64,000 nt of DNA from an uncultured Bacteroidia bacterium (GTDB lineage Bacteria; Bacteroidota; Bacteroidia; Bacteroidales; F082): contig CACZDU010000001.1 in assembly GCA_902780055.1 (NCBI GenBank), positions 47,138 to 111,137 of the forward strand. The letters are read 5' to 3'. The notes below the pieces were generated by a model. The model did no database searches and was not told the origin of the DNA. It saw only the letters and a list, made by a program, of their open reading frames with translations. A program made the position numbers and the translations under genes. Positions 54,205 to 64,000 of this stretch are shown in pieces (the stretch's first letter is position 1; each line of letters opens with the position of its first letter).

Positions 54205-55170
54205 TCACTTCAGCCAGCCCGTGTATTTCATCCAAACATGCAGCCAGATTCTTGCGATCGAGTCGATGGCGTCGCTGAAAATCATTTTGTTGTAATCGTC
54301 GAAGTGCCGGCCCCATTCGGTCTGCTCCATGAACTCGTCCATGCCTTGCGTGTTGGAGAAATCCATAGAAATGAGGTAGTTGGAGAAGAGATACGAATAT
54401 TGCGACGCGCCGCTCATGTAGTCCCAAGTGCTGGAGTTGCGCACGCCCCAAGTGTGAAGATAGTGGCGGCTGCTGATTTCGTCCTCTATGGCCTGCATCA
54501 GAGGCGTGGGCTTGAGGGGTAGGGGATAGCCTTCGGGATTGTAGAAGAAACGGTTGTTGTCGGTGTCAATCTTGTACGATTTCTTTATTTGGTCTTCCCA
54601 TTTCTTCTCAATCGCGCCGTGGATGCCTTTCTCGTCGGAGAAGGCGCGGTTGTCGCAGTGTAGCGGCATGTGGCAGTCGGCCACATAGTGGCTGAGGATG
54701 AAAAACCGCATGGCAATATGGTTGCCCGTCGTGGTGATGGGGCAGCCTCGTTCTTCCTTGTGGAGCATCTTGAAGTTGTCGACGATGCTGTGCGCAATCG
54801 ACTCGCAGCGGTCGGCGCAGTTGCCTTTGACGATGTCGTACTTTTGCTTGTAGAGCGGCGATTTCTTCTTCATCAGTGCCGAGATGGAGTGGGTGGAGGG
54901 CATGTTTCGAAAACTGTCGTAGGCCCCGTTTTCGTCAGGCTCGAACTTGACGATGTGGCTCGTGCTCATGTCCTTGAACACGTCGTCAGGATACCAAGCC
55001 CCTTCGATGACGAAGTCGCGGTAGTCCTTGAACCATTTCACCAAGGTTTTGGCGTTCTTGATGATTTCTTCATTGATGCCTTTCACTACGGATTCATTTT
55101 CAGCCGAGGCGATGATTTCCAACCTTTTGATGGCCATGAAAGCCAACCATGCGTGGGAGTATTTTTTCAT
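54205..55170 (-). CDS. Zinc-dependent phospholipase C / S1-P1 nuclease-fold-like protein, no signal peptide (tentative)
   Basis: 321 aa. His/Asp ligand-like pattern: YSHAW (N-terminus), GAWYPDD, SHYVADCHMPLHCDN, GIHGAIEKKWE. Confidence 0.35.
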   Translation of the reverse strand: MKKYSHAWLAFMAIKRLEIIASAENESVVKGINEEIIKNAKTLVKWFKDYRDFVIEGAWYPDDVFKDMSTSHIVKFEPDENGAYDSFRNMPSTHSISALMKKKSPLYKQKYDIVKGNCADRCESIAHSIVDNFKMLHKEERGCPITTTGNHIAMRFFILSHYVADCHMPLHCDNRAFSDEKGIHGAIEKKWEDQIKKSYKIDTDNNRFFYNPEGYPLPLKPTPLMQAIEDEISSRHYLHTWGVRNSSTWDYMSGASQYSYLFSNYLISMDFSNTQGMDEFMEQTEWGRHFDDYNKMIFSDAIDSIARIWLHVWMKYTGWLK

Positions 55171-55192
55171 GATTTCAGGTGTTATTTGCCTG

Positions 55193-55200
55193 CAAAGTTA
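55193..55200 (-). promoter_or_regulatory. -7 promoter box (TAACTTTG on minus strand) for the 54205..55170 gene
   Basis: The plus strand reads CAAAGTTA, about 23 nt upstream of the ATG at 55170. Confidence 0.4.
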
Positions 55201-55202
55201 GT

Positions 55203-55239
55203 GAAAAAACGAAAAAACCCGCTGGTTTTCAGCGGGTTT
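55203..55239 (-). terminator. Rho-independent terminator of tRNA-Ala
   Basis: 10-bp stem: AAACCCGCTG (55215..55224) pairs with CAGCGGGTTT (55230..55239). On the minus strand it is followed by TTTTTTCGTTTTTT. Confidence 0.8.
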
Positions 55240-55253
55240 TCTTTCAAATTTCG

Positions 55254-55327
<74 letters not shown>

Positions 55328-55433
55328 TCGCTTTTGACGCTGCAAAAGTACAACTTTTTTCTTTCGCTCCAACATTTTTCGGGAAATTTTTTATTTTTTT
55401 TCTTCAAAAGGTCTCTAATGCCCAAGAATACCG

Positions 55434-55441
55434 TACCTTTG
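55434..55441 (+). promoter_or_regulatory. -7 promoter box (TACCTTTG) immediately upstream of sdaA
   Basis: The box ends 5 nt before the sdaA ATG at 55447. Confidence 0.4.
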
Positions 55442-55446
55442 CAACC

Positions 55447-56646
55447 ATGAAAACCATACGCGACATTTATAAAATAGGAATCGGCCCTTCGAGTAGCCAC
55501 ACCATGGGGCCGCAAAAGGCCGCCAGCATCTTCAACGAGCGTTATCCCAATGCTTCTTCTTTCGAGGTGACGCTTTACGGAAGTTTAGCCGCTACAGGCA
55601 AAGGCCACATGACCGACTGGGCCATCCTCAACACCTTGCAGGCTCCGACTGAAATCGTTTGGAAACCCGAAATCATCTTGCCTTTCCATCCCAACGGAAT
55701 GTTGTTCAAAGCCTTCGATGAAGGGAAAAATCTCCTCGGCGAGTGGAAGGTGTTCAGCATTGGTGGGGGCAACCTCGCCGAAGAAGGCAAGCAAAGCGAA
55801 CAACCCGATCTTTATCCCTTGGCAAAAATGACAGACATCCTTGAGTGGTGCGAGCAGCGGGGGAGAACTTATTGGGAATACGTCTACGAACACGAAGACC
55901 AGAAAGAGATTGAAGCCTATATGCTTGAGGTGTGGGAGGTGATGAAGGCTGCCGTCGAGCGTGGCTTGCAGGCCGAAGGCGTTTTGCCCGGGCCGCTCAA
56001 TTTGGCCCGCAAGGCGGCCATGTATCATGTGAAGGCTACTGGTTTTACGCATACGCTGAAAAGCCGTGGCTTGGTGTATTCCTATGCTTTGGCAGTGTCG
56101 GAGGAGAACGCTTCGGGCGGGCGCATCGTCACTGCGCCGACTTGTGGTTCGTGCGGGGTTATGCCTGCGGTGCTGTATCATCTTTCGAAGAGTTATGAGT
56201 TCGCCGATTTACGCATCGTCCGAGCCTTGGTAACGGCTGGATTGGTGGGCAATATCGTGCGCACCAATGCCTCCATTTCGGGAGCCGAGGTGGGGTGCCA
56301 AGGTGAGGTGGGCGTGGCCTGCGCCATGGCTGCCGCTGCCGCCAACCAACTGTTTGGGGGCAGCCCGGCACAGATCGAGTATGCTGCCGAGATGGCCTTG
56401 GAGCATCACTTAGGCATGACTTGCGACCCCGTTTGCGGCTTAGTGCAGATTCCGTGCATTGAGCGCAACGCCTATGCCGCAGCCCGCGCCTTGGATTCCA
56501 ACATCTATTCCACTTTCTCCGACGGTCGGCATCGCGTTTCGTTCGACAAGGTGGTGGAAACCATGAAAGAGACGGGCAAGGATATTCCTTCCTTATACAA
56601 GGAAACCTCGCAAGGCGGCTTGGCACGTGATTACACTCAGATGTAA
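55447..56646 (+). CDS. sdaA: L-serine ammonia-lyase (iron-sulfur dependent, single chain)
   Basis: The start was set at [22 protein letters not shown]. The longer track ORF (55321) overlaps the tRNA and promoter. Cys ligand blocks: APTCGSCGV and [16 protein letters not shown]. Confidence 0.9.
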   Translation: MKTIRDIYKIGIGPSSSHTMGPQKAASIFNERYPNASSFEVTLYGSLAATGKGHMTDWAILNTLQAPTEIVWKPEIILPFHPNGMLFKAFDEGKNLLGEWKVFSIGGGNLAEEGKQSEQPDLYPLAKMTDILEWCEQRGRTYWEYVYEHEDQKEIEAYMLEVWEVMKAAVERGLQAEGVLPGPLNLARKAAMYHVKATGFTHTLKSRGLVYSYALAVSEENASGGRIVTAPTCGSCGVMPAVLYHLSKSYEFADLRIVRALVTAGLVGNIVRTNASISGAEVGCQGEVGVACAMAAAAANQLFGGSPAQIEYAAEMALEHHLGMTCDPVCGLVQIPCIERNAYAAARALDSNIYSTFSDGRHRVSFDKVVETMKETGKDIPSLYKETSQGGLARDYTQM

Positions 56647-56655
56647 AGACAAAAA

Positions 56656-56682
56656 AATCCGACGCAACGCGCCGGATTTTTT
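56656..56682. terminator. Bidirectional terminator between sdaA and tonB
   Basis: AATCCG (56656..56661) pairs with CGGATT (56673..56678), flanked by an A-run upstream and a T-run downstream. Confidence 0.55.
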
Positions 56683-56703
56683 GTTTCAATTTCCTTCAAT
56701 CGC

Positions 56704-57384
56704 TTATTGCAGCTTGAAGTTGACGGGCAGCATGTACGACACACGCACAGCCTTGCCGCGCTGCTTGCCGGGCTTCCATTTCGGCATCGACTTGACAACG
56801 CGCATGGCTTCCTCGTCGCAACCGCCACCAATGCCACGGAGCACCTTCACATTGGAGACGCTACCATCAGGCTCGACGACGAAACCGACGAACACACGGC
56901 CTTGAATACCAGTTTCGCGGGCAATCTGGGGATACTTGATACCCTTGGCGATGAATTCCATCAGTTTCTGGTCGCCACCGGGGTAGGCAGGCATCTCTTC
57001 CACGATTTGGAAGATTTCCTGCTCAACGACTTCTTCTTCCTCGACCTCGACAGGGACATATTCCTCAATGACTTCGGTTTGGTCCACTTCGGCGTTGATT
57101 TCGATGTCTTCCACTTCAACGTCGTCTTGCACGATTTCGAGTTGGGTGGTCTGCTTGGGCACTTCCACAGGCTGAGGCTTTGGCTCTTCCTGCTTGGTGA
57201 TTTCCACCATTTCTTCCTCGACGACTTCGGTCTGGCGGAGCAAGCTCGGGTCGATTTCGCGCTTGTCGTAGCTCTTGTGTTCGAAGGCCATCCACGCGAT
57301 AAGCAAGCTGATAATCAGACCTATCTGCGTGAACATCACTTTCTTGTTCTCAAGATTGGCTTTAGGTGATTTCTTCTCTTCCAT
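56704..57384 (-). CDS. tonB: Energy transducer TonB
   Basis: 226 aa. N-terminal TM anchor, acidic/Pro-Glu spacer, and a C-terminal TonB domain (PAYPGGDQKLMEFI..YPQIARETGIQGRVFVGFVVEPDGSVSNVKVLRG). Confidence 0.85.
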   Translation of the reverse strand: MEEKKSPKANLENKKVMFTQIGLIISLLIAWMAFEHKSYDKREIDPSLLRQTEVVEEEMVEITKQEEPKPQPVEVPKQTTQLEIVQDDVEVEDIEINAEVDQTEVIEEYVPVEVEEEEVVEQEIFQIVEEMPAYPGGDQKLMEFIAKGIKYPQIARETGIQGRVFVGFVVEPDGSVSNVKVLRGIGGGCDEEAMRVVKSMPKWKPGKQRGKAVRVSYMLPVNFKLQ

Positions 57385-57468
57385 TGGTTATGTGTTTTTA
57401 GATTTTACTTCCTATTTTGGGTGCGAAAATAGGAATTATTTGTTTATGAAACGCAAATAGGGCAAATT

Positions 57469-57891
57469 TTATTTTTTGTGACGGAAAAAAAGATGAAAAA
57501 CATAGATTCCGAGGCAGGTGCCGATGCTGTCGGCGAGGAAATCGAACCAGTCGCCCACACGCCCTGGCACGAGGGTTTCTTGGATGATTTCGGTGAGTCC
57601 GCCATAGGCAATGCTGATGACGACGGCGAGAATCAAGGCTCTTTTGCGGTAGGCTTTGTCGTTGGAAACGAACTGCTTGCGGTAGCCCCAAATGCAGAGG
57701 AAGGCAAAAGTGGCATACATGAGTGTATGCACGACCTTGTCAAGACCTACAACGGGCTTGACATGGGGCAAATAAGAACCCGGAAGCCCTGTCAGAATCA
57801 GGATGACGATTCCGCACAGGATTCCCGGGTAACTATTTCTGGTCAGTCGTTCCAAGGGATTAACCGATCTTGGCTTCATAGGCGGCGGCAT
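57469..57891 (-). CDS. VanZ-family membrane protein
   Basis: 140 aa with four TM helices. KVVHTLMYATFAFL ... GGLTEIIQETLVPGRVGDWFDFLADSIG matches the VanZ-like pattern. Confidence 0.7.
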   Translation of the reverse strand: MPPPMKPRSVNPLERLTRNSYPGILCGIVILILTGLPGSYLPHVKPVVGLDKVVHTLMYATFAFLCIWGYRKQFVSNDKAYRKRALILAVVISIAYGGLTEIIQETLVPGRVGDWFDFLADSIGTCLGIYVFHLFFRHKK

Positions 57892-58249
57892 CCAAGAGGC
57901 CGTCGACCTCGGAGGCGTCGTTCACCTTGATTTTGATGATCCAAGCCTCGCCGTAGGGGTCGGTATTGACGAGTTTGGCGTTTTCTTCGTCAGCGAGGGC
58001 TTCGTTGACTTCGAGGATTTCGCCACCCACGGGCATGAGGAGTTCGGCGGTGGTCTTCACGGCTTCGATGGCACCAAATTCTTCTTGGGCTTCGAGGGTT
58101 TCGCCTACGAGGTCGGGGTCAACATCGACGAAGGTGATGTCGCCCAATTCGTGTTGTGCATAATCGGTGATGCCGACGTAAGCGGTTTCGCCTTCGAGGC
58201 GGATCCATTCGTCGTCGTTGGTGTACTTCAGGTTTGCTGGAATATTCAT
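57860..58249 (-). CDS. gcvH: Glycine cleavage system protein H
   Basis: 129 aa. YTNDDEWIRLE and the lipoyl-lysine block IEAVKTTAEL. Confidence 0.93.
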   Translation of the reverse strand: MNIPANLKYTNDDEWIRLEGETAYVGITDYAQHELGDITFVDVDPDLVGETLEAQEEFGAIEAVKTTAELLMPVGGEILEVNEALADEENAKLVNTDPYGEAWIIKIKVNDASEVDGLLDAAAYEAKIG

Positions 58250-58330
58250 TTTCTGTATGATTTAAAGTTGTTTGAATTTGGCTGCGAAATTACGTATTTT
58301 AGTGGCTCACTCTGCAATTTGTTGAAAATT

Positions 58331-61300
58331 TTATTGCGCAAGGCTGAATCGGATGGTCACGCCGGCGTAGGTGGTTGAGTTGCGGAACGAATTGGCCACC
58401 ATCGGGATGTTGATGTCGTACTTGAAGAAGGCTTGCGCACTCAGGCGTTTGCTGAAGGTGTAGTCGCCTGTGAAGTAAATGTTGATCTTGTTTTGGCCTG
58501 CCGACACTTGGTTGTTGTTCTCGTCGATGCGGCGCAATACGGTGATGTCCTTCTTGAAGCCCAAGTCGAGTTTCAGCACAAGGTCGTTCTTGATGGTTTG
58601 CGCCTTTCCGCTTCCGCCGATGGGTGTGATGGAGAACGAAAGGTTCTTGATGCGGTAGCCTGCGCCGATGACAATCTCCCTGCCGTTCACTTCGGTGAGT
58701 TGGTTGTTGGAGAAATTCAGGGTCAGGGTTCTCGCTTTCTTGAACTGGAGGTTGGCGGTCATTGAGTTTTGAAGACCGATGTCGATGCCAATCAAGGGGG
58801 CGTATTGCTCGCTGAGGACAATCTGGGCGATGTCATACTTCGGGATGATGATGTCGGAGTTCTCATAAGTCTGGATGGTGTTGCTATCGTCGTAATAGAC
58901 GTTACTGGCCCAAGAGTTGATGGCGTAGTTCGACTTGTAACTATGCGTGATGTTGACGGTCTTGAACAGGGAACTGATGGCTGGAATGTTGGTGAGTCCG
59001 TTGTAGGTGAAACTCCAGTTGGGCAGCGGAATGCGTGGGAAGGGGTTGAGGGGTAGGGTGTTGGGGTCTTTGCCGGTGTAGGCGGCGATGAAGGAGTAGA
59101 GCAGCACATCCGTCGAACTTGAAGTGTAGCCTTTCGGGAAATAGTCGCCCGCGAGGCTGTCGAAGACATATTCGTTCACTTGGTCAATCCATTGCGGGTT
59201 GTTGCGGGCCAAGCGCTCGGCAACGGTCTTGCGATAGGTCAACAAATTGTCGAACAAGGGGGATGAGGTGGAGTCGGAAGGTGCGAATGAAGTGGCCCAC
59301 ATGAGGTAACTCATGCTGAAGTTGCCGCTGTTGGTGGGGGTGAACACATCGAAGTCATTCGTCATTGGGTTGTAGCGGAAATAGTGTTGCTTGTTCTCTG
59401 CGTAGTTGCGGTTGCCGGTGAAGTCGATTTTCAGTCCGGGCAAAGGTTCCGTGTTGACGCGATAGTTGATGGTTTCGGTCTTGCGGCGGGTGTAGGGGTC
59501 GCTCAGGATGGAGTCGGTGGTCAGCCAACGATTTGCATCGTCAACATTGAGGCTATGTGCAACGGCTTTCATGTAAACATCATCGTCTTGGCCGAAGGTG
59601 CTGCCCAGCACGAATCCCAAGCCCGGCGACCAGCCGTTGGTGTTCATGCCTAAATATTGTGCCTTGGGCATGAATCCCGGCAGCACTTGCCCGTTCACCA
59701 AAGCATAGGTGCCCGACACTTTCTTGACGAGCGTGAGGATGCGCAAACTGTTGTCGAGGACGATTTTGCCGACGTTGACTTTTGGCTTGGTCTTGGTTGA
59801 GTCGGCGGGTTGGTCGCCTTCGCCTTCCTTCCCTTTGTCTTTGCCGTTTTGGTTGTTTCTGCCGCCTCTTCCGCTGTTGTTGCGCCGTTGCGCCGTGTTG
59901 ATGTTTTTCAGGTAGGGTACCTTATTATATAGTTTGGTGAAGTCGAGGGTGGCGTTGCCTTGGATGTTGTTCGAGTTCTCGATGGTGTTGCCCAAGCGCG
60001 GCTGGATGGATTGCGCCGAGGCAATCCAGTTGTAGGTGCCTTGGTAGTTGGCACTGGCCGTTATCCAATTGAAAATCGGAATCTTATTGATGGGAAGGGT
60101 GTAACTTGCATTGACGTTTTGGGTGAATCTCGACATGGAGCCAAGGTGTTTCAGTTCGTTCTTGATGGTGTCTTGGTTCTTCTTCCAAGTTTCGGGGTCA
60201 ACGCTTTTGTCGACAAAGCCGGCAGGTTCGTAGATGTAGGCTTGGGCTTGGGCGGAATAGTCGAAGTTGAGGCCCTTGGTGAGGTCGTAGCGGAATTGGT
60301 AATTGCGGGTCCAGTCCCATTGCTTCGAGTAGGTCGGGATGATGATGATTTCGCCGCCACTCTTGTTGCGCAACTCGCGTTCCGAGTAGTAGCGATACAT
60401 TTCGGTGTTGAAAGTGATGCTCTTCGGGGCGTAGTAGAAGTTGATGTCCTTGATGATTTGCAGGGCGGGTTTCGCGGCCCACTTGGCCTTGGCGAAAGGC
60501 TCCACGGGTTTGGGATTGCCTGCGTAGTTGTAGCCGAGTCCGCCGCGATAGGTCTTCACCAAGTAATATTTGATGTCGGTGTTTTCTTGGAAGGTTTCGC
60601 TGTAGGAGAACGACAGGTTGAGGTTCTCGATGTCGTAGAAGTGTACTTTGGGCATGTTGCCACGACCTCCGCCCAAGGCCCTGTTGGGGTCTCTCAGGTT
60701 TTCTTTCGGCTTGTTTTCCCCTTCGTTGTCGTCGTCCTTTTTCTTCTTTTGTACGCGCTCTTTCCTGACATTCATAAAGTTGATGTTCTTCTGTCGGGTG
60801 TAGTCGTGGATGGTGGAATTGAACTCCTTCCGTTCCTCGTCGCTGCCCATTGCTGCCAAGGCATCTTTCAGTTTGACGTCGGCGTCGTAGGGGTTGTAGA
60901 GCGGGGTGATGTTGGTTTGGCCATAGTCGAAGTGCATGGGAATCTTGAGTCCGGTGCTTTCGAAGAACTTGCCCAATTCGAGGTCGGTCGACACGTTGAA
61001 CTGCGAACTGGCCTCAAAGGTGTTGCTGGTGATGTCGCTGTCCAAGGCTCCGAAGCCTGCCGAATTGTATGCCCCGTTGACGTTCACGCGGCCAAAGTCG
61101 GCGAGGGTGGCCTCCAACCGGCCCGTGGCGGCTATGCCGCCCTTGCTGCTGAGTTCGGTGAGGCGCAATTCGTTGACCCACACCACGGCACTTTTCGACA
61201 AGCCGTCGTCGTTGTCGGTGAGGCTCTGCCGTTTCGGGTTGCGTATACCAATCATCATGGCCTCCACGTCGCTGATGCTGGGGTTACCGATGACCTTGAT

Positions 61301-64000
61301 GGTGTGGTAATAGTCCAAGTTGTCGACGGTGCCTTTCCTCACTTTTTCGGAATAGATGTAATTGAGCCTCACATTGCTGTTGGGCTGGTTCATGGCTTCG
61401 TTGCGCCGTGTCTTCACATTCACAAAGTCTTCCAATCTGATGTCCAAGTTGTTGATTTCTGGCCAGATGGCATCCTTGTTGTTGTAGGCGGTTCCCCATG
61501 GGGTCACTTTTAGGGGTATTTCGTATTCGTAATAGTTTTCGGTGAAGTCGGTACCGATGCGCATGAAAACGGTGAGGTCTTGGTCTTCGAGCGGGCTGTT
61601 TTCATCAGCAGCCTCGGCGTGGACGAACATTTTGAGGTATTTGTACTGCCGAAGGTCGAAGTCGGCGGTCTTGTAAATGGCGCGTCCGTCGCCGTCCACA
61701 AGGTTTTGCACGGTCATTTGCAGTGATTGCTCATTGATGCGGGTGGTTTGCGTCATGCCGATGACCCTCTCTTGCAGGATGCCGGGCGGAATGGTGTAGG
61801 GCACGGGCTGGCGGCGGCTGTTCTCGTCGACGCTGACTGCCGAAATGTCGAAAGTGGTTTCGTTGCTGACGTCGTTAGGCACGTATTCGCCCGGAGCTTG
61901 GATGCTTTGCGAATAGGTGCGCCATTCGCCCTTCACGAGGTCGAGGGTGGCGAAACGCAGCACGATAGGACGCTCAAACTCGTTGACAAACATACGCATA
62001 AAGCGGATGGACGAGAAGTCGTCGATGTGGCCAATCACCTTGTCGGGCTGCCTGATGGGAATACGGAACTGGTACCAAGTGACGCTGCCGAAGGTGCCGT
62101 TGGGTAGGGCGATTTGGCTGGCCTCAATGACATCGGAGATATGGTTTTGGCCGACCGACATCTTGGCAGGGTCAAGGTCGATGACGTATTGGTAGTAGCG
62201 TTCGGATTCGCTCAGGGTGTTGTCGTTGTTGATGTCCTCGGCATTGGGCAGGGTGGAGTTGCTGTTCGTGTAAACTTCGGTTTGCTGCACATCTGAAGGC
62301 GAGTTGCCGTCGGGGCCGTTATATTCCTTGTATCTTGCGAGGATGCTGGAATGGATTTCGTCGCTGTCCCAATCCGACGAGCGGAAATAATGGTAGTTGT
62401 CGCCTGACGGGTCGTTGTGGCCTTGAGTGTAGGCTCCCGAACTCTCGCCAAAGCGTTCTCTGAGAAGGTTCAAGTAGGTTTCCTCGAAGAAACTTTGCTC
62501 GTCCACATCGCGCAGGCCGTCATAGCCAACATCCTGATACTGACGGGCGTTGGCATCGTTGCTGAATGTACCCACAAGGTCTTGCAAGGTGGGAACACGC
62601 CCCCAGATGGTGGTGTCTACATTTTCGACCGTTGAGGTGGTGGGAAGGCCGTTCTCGTAGAATTTGCGTCCATCGCGAAGGATGTCTTCGGAGATGTCGC
62701 CGAGGTTGATGTAGAGTTTGCCGGGGTTGTTTTGGTATTCCTCATCGGCGAAGGGGTCCATGAGCCAGAATTCGATGTATTCGATGTTGGTGGCCTCGAA
62801 GTCGGTCGATTCCATCTTGCGCATGATGCCCGCCCAACGGCTGCGCGGATCGTTGAGACGGCCTGCTTCGTTGATACCGGCAGAGTATTGTGAGGGTGCC
62901 ACGTCATAATTGTATGGGCCGCGTTCCTCGGGATAATAGGCCAAATTGAGTACCGAAACGTTGGTTTGGGTGCCGGCAGCAATGTCCTTCATGGGGAAAA
63001 TCTCGGTTTCAAGCACCTGACGGACTGAGTTTTTGGAGAGTTCCTCGTTGGTGACATTGGCTGGACGGTAGTTGGAGTTGCGGTCGTAGAACACGGAGTT
63101 GTCGATGACATACCACGCTAATTTTGCGCGGTTCTTGCCGTAGTTGAGTCCTGTGCCGGCAGCGGCTTCGGGGAAGAGGTCGGTTTGGTGTTGGGGTGTG
63201 CTGGCCAAAAACCATAGGGTTGGCAGGCGGAGGTCGATGGTCGACTTGGCGCCTTCAAAGTCGTCGATGTAGGAAGTGCCAGGCTCGGCTGCCGACCTTG
63301 AGAGGCCCGGTATGAATCGGGCAAATTCGCCGTCAACATTGATGCGCGACGGGGCTTTGGTGCTGATGCCCGGTAGGGCGTTGATGAAGCTCGTCAGCCA
63401 ACGGGCGTCGGTGTGGTAACTGACATCGGCACCGTAGATGGTGTTGGAGATGGCTTCCTCGCCGTAGTTGATTTTTTGGGTGTACGACTTCTCGCCCAAA
63501 TAGAGGATGGTGCCGCCCAAGCGGAAGTCGCGGTTGAACTCATGCTCGACGCGGGTGCCGAGGAAGGTCTTCTTGATGGCACTGAAGCCCGAGTTCGATT
63601 CCAAAGCAATGTTGATGGGTGTTCCCGAATTGAGGATGCCTTCGTTCAGGATGGTTACGCGGCCAAGGGTGTAGTCGACGGTATAGTCAACATTCTCAAC
63701 CAATTGCATACCGCCCGCCGTGACGGTCACAGAGCCTTGGGCCACATTCATGGCGTTCAGGCTGATTTCGCTTCCCGACTGCGACGAGTAGAAACCCTTC
63801 AAGCTGAACTTGTTTTTCTCCGAAAACTGCTCGGCTGAGGTCTTGGTCATTGTGTAAAGCGAGTCGTAGGCGTATTTATCGGCGAGTTCTGGCTCGTTGG
63901 GGAATACCTTGGTGCGCAAGTGTTTGCCAAAGGGTTCCAACACGGGGAAGAAGATGCGTCCGTTAGATGAGTTGATCGTACCGCCTTGAGTGGCAGCGTG
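58331..64000 (-). CDS. sprA: T9SS translocon / cell-surface protein SprA (5' end beyond right edge)
   Basis: The frame stays open to the window edge (..HAATQGGTINSSNGRIFFPVLEPFGKHL..), so the track start at 63943 is internal. More than 1,889 aa are visible, beta-barrel-like throughout, with size and motifs typical of SprA. Confidence 0.88.
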   Translation of the reverse strand, partial: HAATQGGTINSSNGRIFFPVLEPFGKHLRTKVFPNEPELADKYAYDSLYTMTKTSAEQFSEKNKFSLKGFYSSQSGSEISLNAMNVAQGSVTVTAGGMQLVENVDYTVDYTLGRVTILNEGILNSGTPINIALESNSGFSAIKKTFLGTRVEHEFNRDFRLGGTILYLGEKSYTQKINYGEEAISNTIYGADVSYHTDARWLTSFINALPGISTKAPSRINVDGEFARFIPGLSRSAAEPGTSYIDDFEGAKSTIDLRLPTLWFLASTPQHQTDLFPEAAAGTGLNYGKNRAKLAWYVIDNSVFYDRNSNYRPANVTNEELSKNSVRQVLETEIFPMKDIAAGTQTNVSVLNLAYYPEERGPYNYDVAPSQYSAGINEAGRLNDPRSRWAGIMRKMESTDFEATNIEYIEFWLMDPFADEEYQNNPGKLYINLGDISEDILRDGRKFYENGLPTTSTVENVDTTIWGRVPTLQDLVGTFSNDANARQYQDVGYDGLRDVDEQSFFEETYLNLLRERFGESSGAYTQGHNDPSGDNYHYFRSSDWDSDEIHSSILARYKEYNGPDGNSPSDVQQTEVYTNSNSTLPNAEDINNDNTLSESERYYQYVIDLDPAKMSVGQNHISDVIEASQIALPNGTFGSVTWYQFRIPIRQPDKVIGHIDDFSSIRFMRMFVNEFERPIVLRFATLDLVKGEWRTYSQSIQAPGEYVPNDVSNETTFDISAVSVDENSRRQPVPYTIPPGILQERVIGMTQTTRINEQSLQMTVQNLVDGDGRAIYKTADFDLRQYKYLKMFVHAEAADENSPLEDQDLTVFMRIGTDFTENYYEYEIPLKVTPWGTAYNNKDAIWPEINNLDIRLEDFVNVKTRRNEAMNQPNSNVRLNYIYSEKVRKGTVDNLDYYHTIKVIGNPSISDVEAMMIGIRNPKRQSLTDNDDGLSKSAVVWVNELRLTELSSKGGIAATGRLEATLADFGRVNVNGAYNSAGFGALDSDITSNTFEASSQFNVSTDLELGKFFESTGLKIPMHFDYGQTNITPLYNPYDADVKLKDALAAMGSDEERKEFNSTIHDYTRQKNINFMNVRKERVQKKKKDDDNEGENKPKENLRDPNRALGGGRGNMPKVHFYDIENLNLSFSYSETFQENTDIKYYLVKTYRGGLGYNYAGNPKPVEPFAKAKWAAKPALQIIKDINFYYAPKSITFNTEMYRYYSERELRNKSGGEIIIIPTYSKQWDWTRNYQFRYDLTKGLNFDYSAQAQAYIYEPAGFVDKSVDPETWKKNQDTIKNELKHLGSMSRFTQNVNASYTLPINKIPIFNWITASANYQGTYNWIASAQSIQPRLGNTIENSNNIQGNATLDFTKLYNKVPYLKNINTAQRRNNSGRGGRNNQNGKDKGKEGEGDQPADSTKTKPKVNVGKIVLDNSLRILTLVKKVSGTYALVNGQVLPGFMPKAQYLGMNTNGWSPGLGFVLGSTFGQDDDVYMKAVAHSLNVDDANRWLTTDSILSDPYTRRKTETINYRVNTEPLPGLKIDFTGNRNYAENKQHYFRYNPMTNDFDVFTPTNSGNFSMSYLMWATSFAPSDSTSSPLFDNLLTYRKTVAERLARNNPQWIDQVNEYVFDSLAGDYFPKGYTSSSTDVLLYSFIAAYTGKDPNTLPLNPFPRIPLPNWSFTYNGLTNIPAISSLFKTVNITHSYKSNYAINSWASNVYYDDSNTIQTYENSDIIIPKYDIAQIVLSEQYAPLIGIDIGLQNSMTANLQFKKARTLTLNFSNNQLTEVNGREIVIGAGYRIKNLSFSITPIGGSGKAQTIKNDLVLKLDLGFKKDITVLRRIDENNNQVSAGQNKINIYFTGDYTFSKRLSAQAFFKYDINIPMVANSFRNSTTYAGVTIRFSLAQ

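Overview
Chromosomal segment from a Bacteroidota (Bacteroidales-like) genome. Taxon evidence: type IX secretion/gliding genes (sprA, porW/sprE, gldD, gldE), several cargo proteins with T9SS C-terminal sorting domains, a V-type ATPase operon containing a DUF2764 gene, and repeated TAnnTTTG -7 promoter boxes. Most of the window is housekeeping: ntpE-DUF2764-ntpA-ntpB-ntpD, tnaA-like lyase, corA, ssb, mutY, hup, rng, trpS, hflX, secG, lptE-like, sigma-54 activator, pheT, folE, fabD, ctp, tRNA-Ala(GGC), sdaA, tonB, gcvH. Interspersed are AT-richer accessory insertions. The best candidate for an undescribed system is an AT-rich two-gene cassette between trpS and hflX (33677..35661). It pairs an ABC/OLD-type ATPase with a translationally coupled PD-(D/E)xK-like protein. 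This resembles Septu/PARIS/Gabija-type logic but with a different effector. Other items worth a second look: a SatD-like (cyclase-fold plus HTH) and DUF3307 pair inserted inside the V-ATPase operon behind two arrays of palindromic operator-like repeats; a 5 x 23-bp tandem repeat upstream of a DUF4143 ATPase; HigB with an HTH-less HigA; an AbiEii toxin with a non-AbiEi partner; a conserved two-repeat C-terminal module shared by adjacent M14 and C25 proteases; an untracked 29-aa bS22-like basic ORF; and a predicted pseudokinase. All calls come from reading motifs by eye. No searches were run.
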